DNA from: Zancudomyces culisetae HAW-14-8
Taxonomy: Eukaryota > Fungi > Kickxellomycota
NCBI GenBank assembly: GCA_052426225.1
Contig: JBNJNM010000006.1
Coordinates: 2,604,001 to 2,668,000 of the forward strand
Direction of reading: 5' to 3'
DNA: 64,000 bases
Part shown: positions 50,109 to 63,548 of the stretch, in pieces
Numbering within the stretch: position 1 is the stretch's first letter
How the letters are laid out: every line of letters starts with the position of its first letter
Made by a program: the position numbers and the translations under genes
Notes under the pieces: generated by a model
The model's database searches: none
The model's input: only the letters and a program-made list of their open reading frames with translations
Told to the model about the DNA's origin: nothing

Positions 50109-52291
50109 TTACCGCATGACTGCTTCCCACCAATAACAGTCATCCTCTGCTGATTCTTTATCAAAATCCAAACTTAGTTTTTCGCATAGCGTTTCGCCGT
50201 AAAACCCGACTTTAGAGATCTCGGAGGCAGCACCACTAATACTGGAAACCGATCTGGTATCTGGTTGAGTGTTGCGTCTTTTGATTTTTCTAGAACTGTT
50301 ATCTACAACACTATCTTTTCTTATCTCAGCCTTTTTAGACGACTTGCTGATAATTGACTCAATTTTGTAATAATTTGTTAGTGCTTGGTTCAAAGTGGAG
50401 GCCTTTTCCTTCTTATGTTCGAAGTACATTGAAACATTTACTGCTCCATTTCTAGGATACGTATTTAAATCGGCTCCTATGGATCGGTATCCCAGATTCT
50501 TTTTCGAGTAATTCTTGTGGAAGACCTGACTCTCGCCCGATAATGGCTTTTTAAGAGTTTTTTTGCTTAGATTACGAGGTAAGCTCGACAGAGCAAGTTT
50601 TGAAGACGTGGTATGACTTGTGCTATACTCTCGTGCAAAATTATCAGATGAAGGTGATTTTTTCATATTTGAATCTTCTTTGTGAACGTTATCGGTCCGT
50701 ACGTGTATATCTTTGTTTACAAAAGATCCTGCAATCGGTGCCACTGTAACTTTTGAAGTACTCTGGCTGTTTTGTGATCCAAAAGCACTGAACTTCTTTA
50801 AATATATATACATCTCACAGTACTTATAGTTCTAAACATATATAACATAATAAACTTAATGTGATACTAAAATACTTTGTGTTCGAGCTAGTACAATTAG
50901 TAGGATAATAAAGATCTAGTTACTTGTACAATCTGAATAAGTAGGACTGGCATTAAATACAAAAGACTTTTTCCACTGAACATCATGATCATTGCTAACT
51001 GGACAGGAGAACACCATCTATAGTTGGAGTTTTTGCTTTTTTTAAAAGGAAATTCTTACAATGAAGTATATGATTGAACTTTAAAGTGTTCTTTTCTTGT
51101 ATTTTAATTAAGAGTTAAATAGGTTGTCGAACAGGAATAGCTTATAAGGTACGCCGTTTTTTCGAGTGCTTTTATTTACCATATAAAAGGTAAACAAGCT
51201 CGCTTAAATTGTGGTACCAAACAGCTAATTTGGATCGGCAAACACTTACATGAAAAACGTTAATTCCTTCTTGCTAATATCTCCATATTCTCTCAAAGGC
51301 GCTTTATAATCTGATATTGATGTATTTACTATTGTATCCCTGGTATCAAACACTCTGTATAGCCTATCGCTATTCACAATTTTAAACAACAATTATTTTA
51401 TCATAAAAATAAAGTGTAATTGTATGAGAAAACTCGACTTACAGTACCGCAGATAGTGGTGCCTTTTGTCTTTCAAACGTATTTTTTCTTTTGTAGAACT
51501 TTACCAATTCCATTTCAAAGCTTAAATCCAAGTTCAAATCTAAGCCTGAGGCTGAGTTTGAGTCTAGGTTCTATTTATGAACAGAGTAAACACAAGCGCT
51601 TTTGTTACTAAACCCATAGCGCATCTTTTCGTTTTTTATAAGTTATGGTACGCTAGATAAAGTATGTACGTGGCCGCTTTCTATACCTCTTTTTTCAAAA
51701 CATTGTTTACTCTGTTTATCACTTTTAGGTAGTTTTTTATCGAAAAGTATAAAAAAAGACATTGAAGAATCATGAGCTATTTGGTAGCACATAGCTGTGG
51801 TATAAATACTTTTACATCATTTTTTTTTCAACATAAAATCCTGATGTATCCTTTTTGTATATGCATTGAGAATAAAGGTTACACATTTAAAATAAATAAA
51901 TACAACAATGCAATAAAGTATACCTAGGATGTAACCGCAAGGGCGCTTTATTAAAGTATGTCTAACTTATCTATAAAACTTACGACTTTGACCTTTCCAC
52001 CGATTACTACCAGAGTCGATAGGATAAAAATAGAAGTTATGGCTATTCCCAATACTGGATCAAGCTCATTCAGTTTGTCTCTAGCACGAATACAAAGGCG
52101 CGTTGGTTAGTACAGAAAAGTAAAATTATGCTATGTAGTCAGAGGATAGTAGGGTAATTGCTAAAATAATATAATTGGTACCTCAAATAATATACAACAA
52201 GCTCCTTTCTATCGATATCTGTTGCCTTTATCGGCAGTGTACGTAAACCAAGTACCTCCTCGTTAATAACATTCTTATTCAGTGATACCAT
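50109..52291 (-). CDS. Multi-exon membrane protein, Nur1/Mug154 (nuclear rim)-like. Exons ~52291-52182, 52080-51984, 51776-51711, 51652-51614 (uncertain), 51570-51443, 51363-51250, 51017-50924, 50831-50109
   Basis: Successive open exons with matching phases give MVSLNK...YYLR-DKLNELDPVLGIAITSIFILSTLVVIG-LMILQCLFLYFSIKNYLKVINR-...-FFIWCSPVQLAMIMMFSGKSLLYLMPVLLIQIVQ-...; the TM pattern and the FxxxSP motif recall Nur1/Mug154. Family assignment is from memory. Confidence 0.6.
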
Positions 52292-54967
52292 TTTAGCCCA
52301 GAGGCTGATTTATTCTGTATACTATATAACCGCTTATCTTTCTATTTTATCAATGACTAAAAATTATTTTTTGGCTGCTGTTGCTTATAACTCTGTTGTT
52401 ATAATTTGTTATTCATGGGTGTACCTATTAATAAATATTAGGTACCTAGTCTTAACCTGTATGACTTTATATGTAATGTTTACGCAGATATCGATTTTTT
52501 TAATCGTTATAAACGGTGGGTATTATATATTATTATCTAACTAGCCATTTATTTGTCTAACAGTTGAAAAGTTCTCTTGAATACTAAAATCCGGAGCCCT
52601 CATAATCCTTCATGTCGATTTTATACCATTACTTTGTGTTTTATTTGGAATTGTTTTGGTAAAATGTCAAAAAATCAATAACGGAGCTTCTAATTTTTAT
52701 TTGTCTAACCAACTCTAGAATGTTGATACTTATTTCTCTTTCGGCTTCCCAGATTTAATATTCATTGTTACAAAACGGTTACAAATTGGGTTCAAATAAA
52801 AGGTAACATTGCAACGCTGTAGCGCTCTGTCAAGCAATCTCAAGTGATCAGTATGCTGTAGGTATTTAGTAGAAAACCAATATAATTTAGCTCAAATCGC
52901 GTTCAGGAAATATACCCCACAATTTCGCGTATTAACTATATAAGCTCAACTTACTATTGTTGGTTTAATCCAAAAAATGTACATAAAAGCATGACCAACA
53001 ATACCAAGCACTTTTAACGCTTTTTTGGGGCAGGATGAAGCATTTCTATTAACAGCATATCTAGGCACCATTTATTTTGAAAAATAGGCTTCTTTTATAA
53101 CCACAGGTAAAAGACTCGGTCTCAAATTACAGTCAGGAAAAAAAGGAAAAGAAAAAAAAACTTTAAATCCTCATCTTTTAGTTTAAACTAAAGAGCGATT
53201 AGCATGCACATAATGAAGAAGGACCTTATGGCTACAAGGCGAACATACCTCTAATTTGTCTTTAAATCTGACCAACCTTCAACCTTGTCGACATGACAAG
53301 AAAGGAAAATTCATAAATATTAGAAACTCCTATTTTGTCCATAATAATTGATACATACCTCCAATAAAACTATAGCAAATATAATACTATACAAAATGAA
53401 AAAAAATAATAATAAACTGTTTGCTCAGATGTATCTACGACTATCCAAATTCCCACTTTACAACAGCGAAGCTTTGGTCTAGGGTTGTAAGGGAATAAAT
53501 ACATCAGAGTTATAAACATCCTTTACATTTCAAAGTAACCTGACTTGAGACAAACCGCCAATCGTTTCTACTAAAAAGTTTGTTGCCACTTTGTCTGAAA
53601 AGCACAAACTTTTATATTATGCAAGTCACTTTTTGTATTCCATAAAAACACACCCCCATCATAAAACAATAGATGTAAAGGAATTTTTTCGTTTGAAATT
53701 ACAAATTGTGATTGGAGAATTTACGTTCGGTGTCCCACAACCAATGTAGGACGTGAAGCAAAACTCAATTATGAATTTGCAACAAAGATAATATGTACCT
53801 TTTTGTATAAAAAATCGAGCCATTAGCAACTTCGATGCGCAACAAACCAAGCTTGTGTGTTTATTATTCAATGTGCTAAAATGGGGATCAAATAATATAT
53901 TTCAAACGATTTGTGTATCAATGTAACCATCTTTATCGATAAAATAAAACCCCTGTCATTATATTCTTACCGCAATAAGAACACGATGTACGATTAATGC
54001 GAGATAATTATTACCAAGTTCTAGCACACGGTGAACATATGCTGACTGAAAGTTTTAGACAATGTAGATATAAAATGCTAGAGTAGATGTCTATCTGACA
54101 TAGACAACATGAAACTGTATAACCCTGTGTTTGATAGTATTCCCAGTTTTGACGTATTTTAGACAAGTTTGGGGAAAAAGAAAATGTTTCAAACCTGCAT
54201 TGTTGATGTACATGTGGCTGTGCTGGAAGAGCTGATTTCGTTAATTCTAGTGATTTACAGCTTTGTCTGTTTTATTAAATTTAATAGATTTAGTTGTAGA
54301 AAAAAATGCGCATCAAAAAGTTCTATTGGGAGACCACAAACTATCACAATAAATGTTAAAAGTCCCTAATAAAATGGCGCTACGAGTGGCACTTACCAAG
54401 TACGTGTGTAGAAAGCATACTTTGATTTCCTTCATATTATAAATATTTATGAAAACTTGTTTGCACCTCATTCCAATATGTAGTATAAGAAGTCTTTGTA
54501 AATTCACAAAGCACTCGACTCAAAAACCGGTTGGATTTTGCCGAAATTCCTAAAGTGTTGAGGAGAAAGGTGAAATAAGAATGCTTTTTTTCTAAGAAAA
54601 AAAACAGGTTAGACAAATGGAGTAACTGGTGAAACATTACAACACACAGAAATACATGACAACCTTCTCGAGTACGGGATCATATCAGAATAAAAACAGG
54701 GTTTTACGCAATATGATACTCACTACAAATTAATCCACACTAATTTGCTTTGTCTAGAAAGATACGAATTAGGTAAATGAAAATAACGTAATATATGTAT
54801 TTTGGATATTAGTTGTGATGGCAATATTGATGGTTAGGACAGTAATGAGTTCAAAAAAAACAGTATCATAAAAACTGACCGCAACTGTTACATGAGAATA
54901 GTCAAAAAAAAACCCCTTACACTTATATTAGTAAGGTTATTACGCACTATTTAGTGGAAAAGTTTCA

Positions 54968-55248
54968 AAATTACAAATACACAAATACACATCTATCACA
55001 TTCCGGGTGCTCGCTTTAGCCCTGATTTCCATCATGTATTCATATTACAGTCTCATCCCAACACCTGATCATGGCTATGATCTCGATCCATACGCTCAGT
55101 TTGAACTTTTCAATACCTCCTAACCTTTGTGTCATACACAGCAGAAACTCTATTTGATAGTGATTGTATGATTCATAAGCACTTTTATTACGACTAAGAG
55201 AGTGGTGCTACCTTGTGGTTCCAAATACAATTCCTTCATGTATAAAAA
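54968..55248 (-). repeat. ~280-bp repeat R, copy 2 (inverted)
   Basis: Reverse complement of 39792-40080. Confidence 0.95.
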
Positions 55249-55264
55249 GATTTGATGGTGCCGA

Positions 55265-55470
55265 TTTTTTAAAAAAGAGATAAGAATAGAAAAACCTATG
55301 CAATAATAATTTTTACTAGATTTTCTTCTCTTCAAATGTTTATCGTACGAAGCCCAAAAAGGATGTGATAAAAGTAGTACAAAAGATAAACTAGTGACCA
55401 ACACCTTAGGTAGAGATTTAAAGATTATATCCTTAGGCACCACTGTTATTCCTGTTGATAACTATACTGA
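55265..55470 (-). pseudogene. Degenerate 5' relic of a third elongase copy
   Basis: Translates V*LSTGITVVPKDIIFKSLPK-VLVTSLSFVLLLSH versus the elongase VAWPPAGITVVPEDMILGSLSK...VLTIIFTYVILVH; the Trp codon has become TAG, no start codon, internal deletion. Confidence 0.75.
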
Positions 55471-56159
55471 AATTGTTGAAATTTGAGTTTTTCTCCTGAA
55501 GGAATCTTTAAAAAGCTTTCTCTACTGTCATTAAAAAATATTTCGCAGTGGAAATGGAGGGGGTTGGGGGGTAAGAGCATGTAGCATCAGTTCCTAGTTT
55601 AATATTTCTGGTAGATGGGTCTTTATAAATAAAAGAGTTTAGTTTCATCCCTTTGAGCACTGCAAAAATAGTCTGCCTACGTATCTTAAACTGCGAAAAG
55701 CGTATTCCGGAGAGCGAGAGTGTGGTTGTTTGTTATTATCCTAGGCAGATAAGATTAGGTTCTAAACTTTGATTTACATTTTTGTTATTAGCCAATGAAA
55801 ATATACTTGCTCAATGCGCTGCTGTAGTTTACGCGTAAGTTATGTAATTTTGCGAAAATAGTGGTAGGATTTAGAGAAAAACGTATTTAGAAATTAAAGT
55901 GTTCGAGAGTGTGTGCATTCAATACACCCTTCGTCGATCAGTTAATTGCGCTAATATGATGAAACACGTGACATTATTTGTATCTTCATCTCAAAAGAAA
56001 TATTAGCCTCTACAAACCAATTAATCGTTAGAATACGTCGCACTTTATTGAAACTAAAAAAAAACACTAAATCTCAACAACTATGTTAAAAGGATCAAAC
56101 GTTTCAACTTTATTTCTAGACAACAAAATCTGCAAAAGGCGTCAGTATTCAAAGCATAT

Positions 56160-56972
56160 TTACTCTGCCTTTTTCTTGTATGTTTTCTTGGAAAAGTCCA
56201 AGAACAAGGAAACAAGAGGGATAACATAAAGCAAGTTCACAGACGTGGCCAAAACTTTGGTGAATTGGTTGCAGTGTTCGAAGAATGACATTACTGTAGC
56301 AACTCCAAAACCGAGGAAGAATTGTGTAAGTTGCATCTTGGTGATGTATTTCTTACCTGGTGGTGTGAATCCAATACTTGTGAGCGCATAGTATGCATAC
56401 ATGATTGTGTGCACAAATGAGTTGAATACGACAAAAGAGTAGATTTGTGTGGGAATGAACAGGCATCCCAAATACATGCCCAGTATAGCACCTGCATGAT
56501 GGTATGTTTGGAGGGTTATCACGCGACGTCCCTTCATCAAGATAATTGCAGTATCTACAAATTCGTAGTATTTTGACAAGTAGAACAAGTATGTTATCTC
56601 AAGCATCCCACTGTTCCACGATACGTTGTTTGGATCACACACACCCTCTGTTGTAAATACTTTATATACCAATGGTGCGGACTTCACAAATGTCCAAGCA
56701 GAGTACAAGCACAAGAATGTGTTGTGCAAGAAGATAAAGGCAGTAAGAGCACTATTCTGCTTAGCGACTTTTCCAATATCCTTGGTGCTTTTCTTGGCTT
56801 CGATTCTTGACACTGTTGATTTTTCCTTTGGTGGTTGCAACACATGAACAAGAATGACATAAGTAAAGATGATGGTCAGTACGTACTGAGGTTGCATTAC
56901 GTACTTGGATAGAGACCCAAGGATCATATCCTCAGGTACTACTGTTATTCCTGCTGGAGGCCACGCTACCAT
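56160..56972 (-). CDS. GNS1/SUR4 (ELO) family fatty-acid elongase, copy B
   Basis: Same motifs as copy A; 56500-56964 is identical to 40990-41454; the C-terminal third is diverged. Confidence 0.95.
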   Translation of the reverse strand: MVAWPPAGITVVPEDMILGSLSKYVMQPQYVLTIIFTYVILVHVLQPPKEKSTVSRIEAKKSTKDIGKVAKQNSALTAFIFLHNTFLCLYSAWTFVKSAPLVYKVFTTEGVCDPNNVSWNSGMLEITYLFYLSKYYEFVDTAIILMKGRRVITLQTYHHAGAILGMYLGCLFIPTQIYSFVVFNSFVHTIMYAYYALTSIGFTPPGKKYITKMQLTQFFLGFGVATVMSFFEHCNQFTKVLATSVNLLYVIPLVSLFLDFSKKTYKKKAE

Positions 56973-58354
56973 TGTCGTATCCTAATTTTTGCTATATTTC
57001 TTTTGGATCTTGAGCCCGGATAATTCTAAAGAACTCGAAAATATATTTTAATTTTGTAGTTTTCCTATTTTTGAAGTGCAGCTTTGTTCCTTTTTTTTAT
57101 AATGAAAATTTTCTGTTCAGTTGAGCAAAGTTGATATTGTTTTTAGATTCACTGTAGTTGTAGGTTTTATTTTACCAATTAAAGTAAAGTGATTAAAGAA
57201 AAAATATCGAGTATAATAGAGCAAAAGTGAGATGAAAGCAAAAATCAAAAAACTTTTCTATTCGCAATATTATGGCATTTTTGATAAGAAACTAGTAATA
57301 AATAAGCCTTTTTACAAATCGAATTCGCTTGATTTACGTTTTTTGGCTTGCCTTTTCAATTATTGTTTTCGATTATTCAAACCCCTGCCAACTTTGGATT
57401 TTATTTACAAACCAAAATCAATTTCATCAATTTAGTTCTGGCCTTTTGTTTTGTTTTAGTCTTATTTTATTACCCATTCTTCTTTTATACTCTTGTCTCA
57501 CTGTTATCGCTTAATTGTGTAACCAAATTTAAATAATTGGACAGGGATACCAAACCAAATAGGCAAGTATACTTGCTCAAAAATTTTTTTATTATTAAAA
57601 TATTGTTTTGGTTCTAACTAATTGAATTGTGGTTCAACAATATAACTCGTGGGTATTGTATACAATTAGAAGAATATGGGCTATTTTTTTGGTTAGCTGA
57701 CCTAATCGATGTAAATAGTCAGAAACTCAAAAAGTGGAAAATAGTCCAAGAATCGGAAAGAAGACAAGTGGTATATGTAAAACTTTACATTATTCAACAG
57801 ATGGTTCGACAGTAAGCACCATATTACTGGATTGTTTTTACCAAGATATGTTTTTGTTTTTGTATACTGCAAAAATAGTAACCATAGATCTTTGTTCAAA
57901 TACAGAGATCCCAGTTTAAGAAAAAAAGTCAACACCGTTTATGGTTTGTAAACTGATTTTTTTTTTCCATTGATCTGAATGCTTGGTTCAAAATTTGGCT
58001 CTGACTTGCGTTTTTTTTTATTAGCTTGAAGCATTTTTTTTTGTTCACAACTTAAAGGGTACGAACCATATTGAAAAGCTAAAGTTTCAATACGATAGCA
58101 TTGACCAGAGTAAAAATATCTCATTAATAGTAAATTACACTCATATTTGTATCTATTCATGAAATGAGAACGGAGAAGCTATATTTATTCAGATAAATGG
58201 TTATTGATGTATTTACTCTAGTGTAATGTGAAAAAGTAATATAAATTGGGCTTATAGATACAAAAATTACTTACCAAAAAAGAAGAAAAAAGAAAATGTA
58301 TTACTTACAAAAAATTGGAATGTCAACAAAAAAAAAAGAAAAAGATATACGTAA

Positions 58355-61300
58355 TTAAGGTTTTGACTCAGCTGTCTTTTCCAAACCACCATCCTTATTG
58401 TTCAACAGCGAAGATAAGGACAAGGTGTTCGGGGTGGGTTTTTCTTTGTGAATCAGTTTTACAGAATTGACTTTGAAATTCGATTCAGTGACTATCCTGT
58501 TTTTTTTTCCAAGGCCATTACTCGAGTATGCATCGGAGCTGGACTTTAGGATTGATTTCAAAATATGTGCGGCTATCGATGACTTGTTATCCTTCACTCT
58601 AACCAGTGTGCTGGCATTACCCAAAGAGCCTTGAGCCCCGTTTTCCCGGATTGTGGTAATTTTGGTAGATGTTGAAGAGGTTGAGCTAATCACCGAATTG
58701 GAAGTAAATTTTGATGGCATTTTAGGTTTTGCAGACGAAGATTTCCCCTTAGACCCGTTTGAAAGCGAAGTCTTTTCTGGGTGAAATTCTTCCGATGGCA
58801 ATGTTAGACCATCAGAAGTGGAAATAGAGCTTTTTTGGTTGGATATTGACCCACTCAAGGACTGGGAGATCAACTTGCCTATAGGAGTATTATCTGTTTT
58901 TACGCGTTTGGTGGGAATGGTGGAGTCATCAAACTCATCAGAAGAGTAATGCTTTAAGATCTGAGAGTTTCCGGGAGACGAATCGGCAGTATTTTCCGAT
59001 CGCTGGCTAGGGTTTTCGGATACCAAACTATGGGATGAGTGGGAAAGAGAAAACGATGGTCGGAACTCGGTGGTTTCAGAGGGCTTTGGAAGAATTGTGG
59101 GAATTTTGCTTTTCAGCGCAGTAACAAAGTTCATTTCAAGGTTGTTAGAACCTACAAGAGTCGAGGTTGCGGCAGGTGCTAGGTTATGGTTATTGATATC
59201 GGATAGGTGCGGCCGAGCTGAAGAAAAAATATTCTCGAGCTTTATTTTTTTGCTGTTTCGGTTTCGGCGCTTGATGACGTTTGTCTTGAGGGTGAGAGGA
59301 CGCATCACACCATGAAGCTTGAAGAATAGTCCGCAGGCATTACAAAGCGGATTTCCCTTTGGATCTCGGCGCCATAGTGGCGTTTTCCATGCTTTACAGT
59401 TAGTGCATGTTATTTTTACTTCACTGCTTGTATTTTCGTCACGTTTCTCATCAGTATTGTTAAAACCAATACTACTATTGCTGCTGGTATTAGTATTGCT
59501 GGTATTGCTATTTTTGATATTGACATGATTGGTATTAATACTGTTGGTATTGTTGACGATGTCGTTGTTGTTATTGGCATTGTTATGAGTTTCAAAGACC
59601 CCTTCCTTGGATTCTACCATACCATAAATAAAATCGACATTATTTTTATCAGTGCCAAAATCAAGCTGTCTACTGCTTGTATGTTCATGTGATTCTTTGG
59701 TGGAAATGTTTGAAGATTGGAATGTGCTACTACCTCCACCTAAAGAATGGTTGGCCGAGTCTCTAGTCGGAAGTGCTGTTGCAACTCCACTGATATTTTT
59801 GTTTATTGAATATTTGTCCGAACCAAACGCTATATCCGATAGTTGTTCGCTCATTTTATGCGTTTTCATGATTTCCAGGCATTTGATGAATGAATTTTGC
59901 TGTGAATTCGAAACCTGGCCAACACTGGACGAATGTCTCAAATTATCTTTGATGAACGAAAATGAAACATCAGTAGCAGCGAAGTTGGTAGGTGTGCCAG
60001 AGATTGTAGTACGGTTGGTAAACAAGGGGTCCGAAGCCTTATTCTCTTTGAAAGCATTCGTGGATTCTCCCTCTATTTCTGAATTCAGTTGTCTATTTCT
60101 AGTTGCAGAAGCGGTGGATGATGAAGAATCTAAATAATCTTTGGCTGTTGTAACGCCCAATGCAGAATAGAAGCTGCTTAATATAGGATCTGCGATTAAG
60201 AAAGGATCATTTGACCCTTTGGGCGAGATAAATGAATTTACGCTATTCCTGTTTTTGCTCTTTCCACCTTTAGAACTACTTCTAAAGGAGGGCATCTGAA
60301 TGCTTTCGGTTGCACCGGCTGTCTTTTCCTGCAGGTTTGTAGTTGTTGTAGTGGCAAAGGATGCTATGGTATTTTTAAGAGTGGCCTTGGGAGAGTCAAT
60401 GGACCCTGTTTCACTTGTTGTATTTTTTCTTGTGCTTTGATTTTCATTTACATGCATATTTAAATTATCTGGTTGCGGGTGATTCTGGATAGATTTATTT
60501 AATGGTGTTTGTGACTTTGAAGGCTCAATTTCTGTATTATTCCCCTGTAGTATCTCGAAGATTTCATTCCTCAAGCTGTCTCCTGGTCTATAATATGTTG
60601 TATTTGCAGATAAAAGTGAGGATTCACCTTCTTTTCCATGGTCTACGTGAAATTTGACTTGTGGTTTTTCTTTTACGCTTTCTTTTCCTTGAAAAACCGA
60701 GTTTGCATCCAAAAATGCGTTCTGCGACCATTTTATACCACCACTGTGAAGACTAAGCTCACCGTTGTTATCATTTACTACTAATGTTTCCTGGCTAGTA
60801 TTTCTACCATTTTGTATGTTGGCCATTGCATTCAGCTGGTCAGAACTACCAGAAAACTCCTTTTCATGCATTTCACGTAGACTTCCTCGCTCTGCCTGAA
60901 GCTGTGTGTCCAGAAATCGTGTGAAGGCTTCATCACTAAAATAGGTTTTGCCCAAAGCTGCTGCATTCGATGGATCTAGATAGAATATTCTACCAATTTC
61001 CTCATTAATAGGAAAATTGGTGTCGTGTGGCCCTGCGTCCGTGGAAGGATAGCCTTTTGTATCACCTTCAGATTCCAATATACCATTGTTTTCTCTGTCT
61101 TTCCTCTTTAAAGCACATTTTTTGTGTTCGTTGGGAGTAAAAACGTTTTGCCCTTTTTGTGGATCTAAAATCATTTTAATATGTCTGACATTTCCCGGCT
61201 CGGACAACATAAATGCGTTTTCTGGTGCATATATAGATCCATCTGAATATCCAAAGTCATCAAAATAAAACTCTGAATTGGCGGTTTTTCCTTTAACAGC

Positions 61301-62656
61301 ATCACTTTCTGATTTCAGCTTGCGAATGACATCTAACAAACTGGATATATCCAATAAACTATTATTTAGAGGATCTCCTATCCCCACGCCCACCCCCATC
61401 TCTTTACTTGCTCCCCCACTACTTGCACTCATATTCTGGTTTGAGGCAAATGTACTCGCATCTGAAGAATCATAGTCGATAGTTGACCTCCCATCTTGGT
61501 TTTTTCGGCTGCCATCATCTGTGTTACTGATTCTGCTACCAATGTTTATGACGGGTCCGTGACTATTCAGTCTATTGAAAACTTGTAGACTTATATCTGT
61601 ATCTCTGGTCAGGTTTGAAATATTAGTGTGATCTAGTGTATTCATTGAATATCCAATGCCGTTAGCGTTCTCGGCACCAGAATTTTTCATCCTTCTATGG
61701 ACATTCGCCAAGTCAATATAGTTGGCAGGATTAGTTATGATATTATCCATACCACTATCTACAATTCTATTCATCTTTGTCTCATTTAGATGTGCTTTTT
61801 GCTCAGTGTGATCAACTCTATCAATTTTATTTCTAGTATTACTGTTCCCGTTTTCTTTATCGTCACTGTTTGTAAATCGAGATATTGAGTCGCTATATAC
61901 GCTGTGAATCTCGCTATTATCATTATTAAAAAGGCTCATATTACTTGATATTGCATCCACTTCTTTTTCAAATACATTGCTATACATTTCATGTGAATAA
62001 CCACCAAATACTGGCGTAAATTTTGCTGGATTCTGCTTCATTCCGTAACCATCATATGTAACATCGGATAAGCCTCCATTTGTTTCTGAAGATCCGTCGT
62101 TTGAGTGCCGGGGCAATCCAGAAATGTTTGCAGTCTCCATCTCGACGGTCCTTGTACTCATTTCATATAACGACCCAAGCTCTTTAATGCTTTTCTTTTT
62201 TGAGATATACAGTTTATCCTTATACCCATTATTTGTTTCTAATGTATCTTTTACACACGGTAAGTTTGCACTTCTGCTATTTTCCCGAGCTTTTCTTTCT
62301 CCTTGAGTTGACTTGTTTCGGTTGGCTCGCCAAAGTAAATTTTTTATTCTTGTACCATTGGGCAGTAGGCACGAAGATGCAGTATATAGTTTGTACAGTT
62401 TTTCAAGATTTGAGTACTCGTTATACCTGTCGTTACTTCCACACCCTCCAAACCCCAGCTCATTGCTGTGTAGCCACATTCTCATTAATACCGAAGGCCA
62501 GTCCTCGGTTTTGCTCCTACTACATTTTATACTTTGCAATTGTGAATACAAAGTATTTGACGTTTGCTCAAAACGTGTTTTCACCAAATTGTACTTGTTG
62601 GTGGTTCTAGTTTCACCGCCGTGGCTATTGCCATTCATTGTGCTTACTTGAAACAT
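58355..62656 (-). CDS. areA: GATA nitrogen-regulatory transcription factor (AreA/Nit2/Gat1-like)
   Basis: [50 protein letters not shown] finger; N-terminal LYKLYT...[13 protein letters not shown] (DUF1752-like). Confidence 0.88.
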   Translation of the reverse strand: MFQVSTMNGNSHGGETRTTNKYNLVKTRFEQTSNTLYSQLQSIKCSRSKTEDWPSVLMRMWLHSNELGFGGCGSNDRYNEYSNLEKLYKLYTASSCLLPNGTRIKNLLWRANRNKSTQGERKARENSRSANLPCVKDTLETNNGYKDKLYISKKKSIKELGSLYEMSTRTVEMETANISGLPRHSNDGSSETNGGLSDVTYDGYGMKQNPAKFTPVFGGYSHEMYSNVFEKEVDAISSNMSLFNNDNSEIHSVYSDSISRFTNSDDKENGNSNTRNKIDRVDHTEQKAHLNETKMNRIVDSGMDNIITNPANYIDLANVHRRMKNSGAENANGIGYSMNTLDHTNISNLTRDTDISLQVFNRLNSHGPVINIGSRISNTDDGSRKNQDGRSTIDYDSSDASTFASNQNMSASSGGASKEMGVGVGIGDPLNNSLLDISSLLDVIRKLKSESDAVKGKTANSEFYFDDFGYSDGSIYAPENAFMLSEPGNVRHIKMILDPQKGQNVFTPNEHKKCALKRKDRENNGILESEGDTKGYPSTDAGPHDTNFPINEEIGRIFYLDPSNAAALGKTYFSDEAFTRFLDTQLQAERGSLREMHEKEFSGSSDQLNAMANIQNGRNTSQETLVVNDNNGELSLHSGGIKWSQNAFLDANSVFQGKESVKEKPQVKFHVDHGKEGESSLLSANTTYYRPGDSLRNEIFEILQGNNTEIEPSKSQTPLNKSIQNHPQPDNLNMHVNENQSTRKNTTSETGSIDSPKATLKNTIASFATTTTTNLQEKTAGATESIQMPSFRSSSKGGKSKNRNSVNSFISPKGSNDPFLIADPILSSFYSALGVTTAKDYLDSSSSTASATRNRQLNSEIEGESTNAFKENKASDPLFTNRTTISGTPTNFAATDVSFSFIKDNLRHSSSVGQVSNSQQNSFIKCLEIMKTHKMSEQLSDIAFGSDKYSINKNISGVATALPTRDSANHSLGGGSSTFQSSNISTKESHEHTSSRQLDFGTDKNNVDFIYGMVESKEGVFETHNNANNNNDIVNNTNSINTNHVNIKNSNTSNTNTSSNSSIGFNNTDEKRDENTSSEVKITCTNCKAWKTPLWRRDPKGNPLCNACGLFFKLHGVMRPLTLKTNVIKRRNRNSKKIKLENIFSSARPHLSDINNHNLAPAATSTLVGSNNLEMNFVTALKSKIPTILPKPSETTEFRPSFSLSHSSHSLVSENPSQRSENTADSSPGNSQILKHYSSDEFDDSTIPTKRVKTDNTPIGKLISQSLSGSISNQKSSISTSDGLTLPSEEFHPEKTSLSNGSKGKSSSAKPKMPSKFTSNSVISSTSSTSTKITTIRENGAQGSLGNASTLVRVKDNKSSIAAHILKSILKSSSDAYSSNGLGKKNRIVTESNFKVNSVKLIHKEKPTPNTLSLSSLLNNKDGGLEKTAESKP

Positions 62657-63548
62657 TATATTGCTACTGTGTTTAGTTCTGGTGTTTGATACTGCAATAT
62701 TTAAACCTTTATGCCTTGCGCCTTTCTTTGGTGTTTTATGTCTATTATGTCTCCAGTATTATTTTGTTTATGTGCCAAAATCTAATAACCTCTTTAATTA
62801 ATTTCAGTTGCTTTTTCGCATTGCTTTATTAACTTGTTGATTTCTAGAATCTAAATTCTGTATTCCTTTTGGCCTTGATATTATTTTTAGCGTAAAACAA
62901 GTAGATACAGCCAATTTCCCCGTTTTTTTAGTATATGCTTATGATTTATGCACTTTGCAAGTTGCTAATTTGTACCTATTTTTCTTTCAAGCTTTAATTT
63001 ATCACTTATGTTGAACGTACTGGATTAAATATCGTTCTTTATTATTGATATGATCGTTTTTAGAGTCTTGGTATGATTATCTATACTCCAAAACTCTTAT
63101 ATATAACATTTACAATTGCTCAAAGCAAAATTATTAAATATTAGCAAGCGAGAAATTAAAGAAAAGTAAATCGATGTTTTATAGCGAAAAGCTATTAACA
63201 CAATAATTATTATTCTACCACTTTTCAAGGGTGGTTTGACCAGCTAACAGAAATTTGTTGTTGCGTAATAAAACAATAGCACTATAAATTAATTTCCCTT
63301 GTAATTTATAATCAAAAGATTGGGAAAAACACGGACGACATTGCCAATTAACGGCATTTTCACCATTTAGAAAAAAGAAAAGAATTTTGTGCACATCAAA
63401 AGAGTTGAGCTTTATCAAGTATCTTTGTTCTTTTAGATAGTCATCGCATTTTACAAGTAAAAGATAATGGTTATCTTTTTCTGTTTTTTTCGTCCTTCAA
63501 GGCTGTAATTTCCTCATATGGAACTTGAACAAAGAAAAATATAAACAC

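Noticed and set aside
52300-54960. 2.6-kb region searched for hidden exons, tRNAs and elements
   Set aside because: No consistent exon chain, cloverleaf or terminal repeat found by eye.
55150-55443. 97-aa ORF as a functional gene
   Set aside because: It is the elongase relic running into repeat R, and it starts at GTG.
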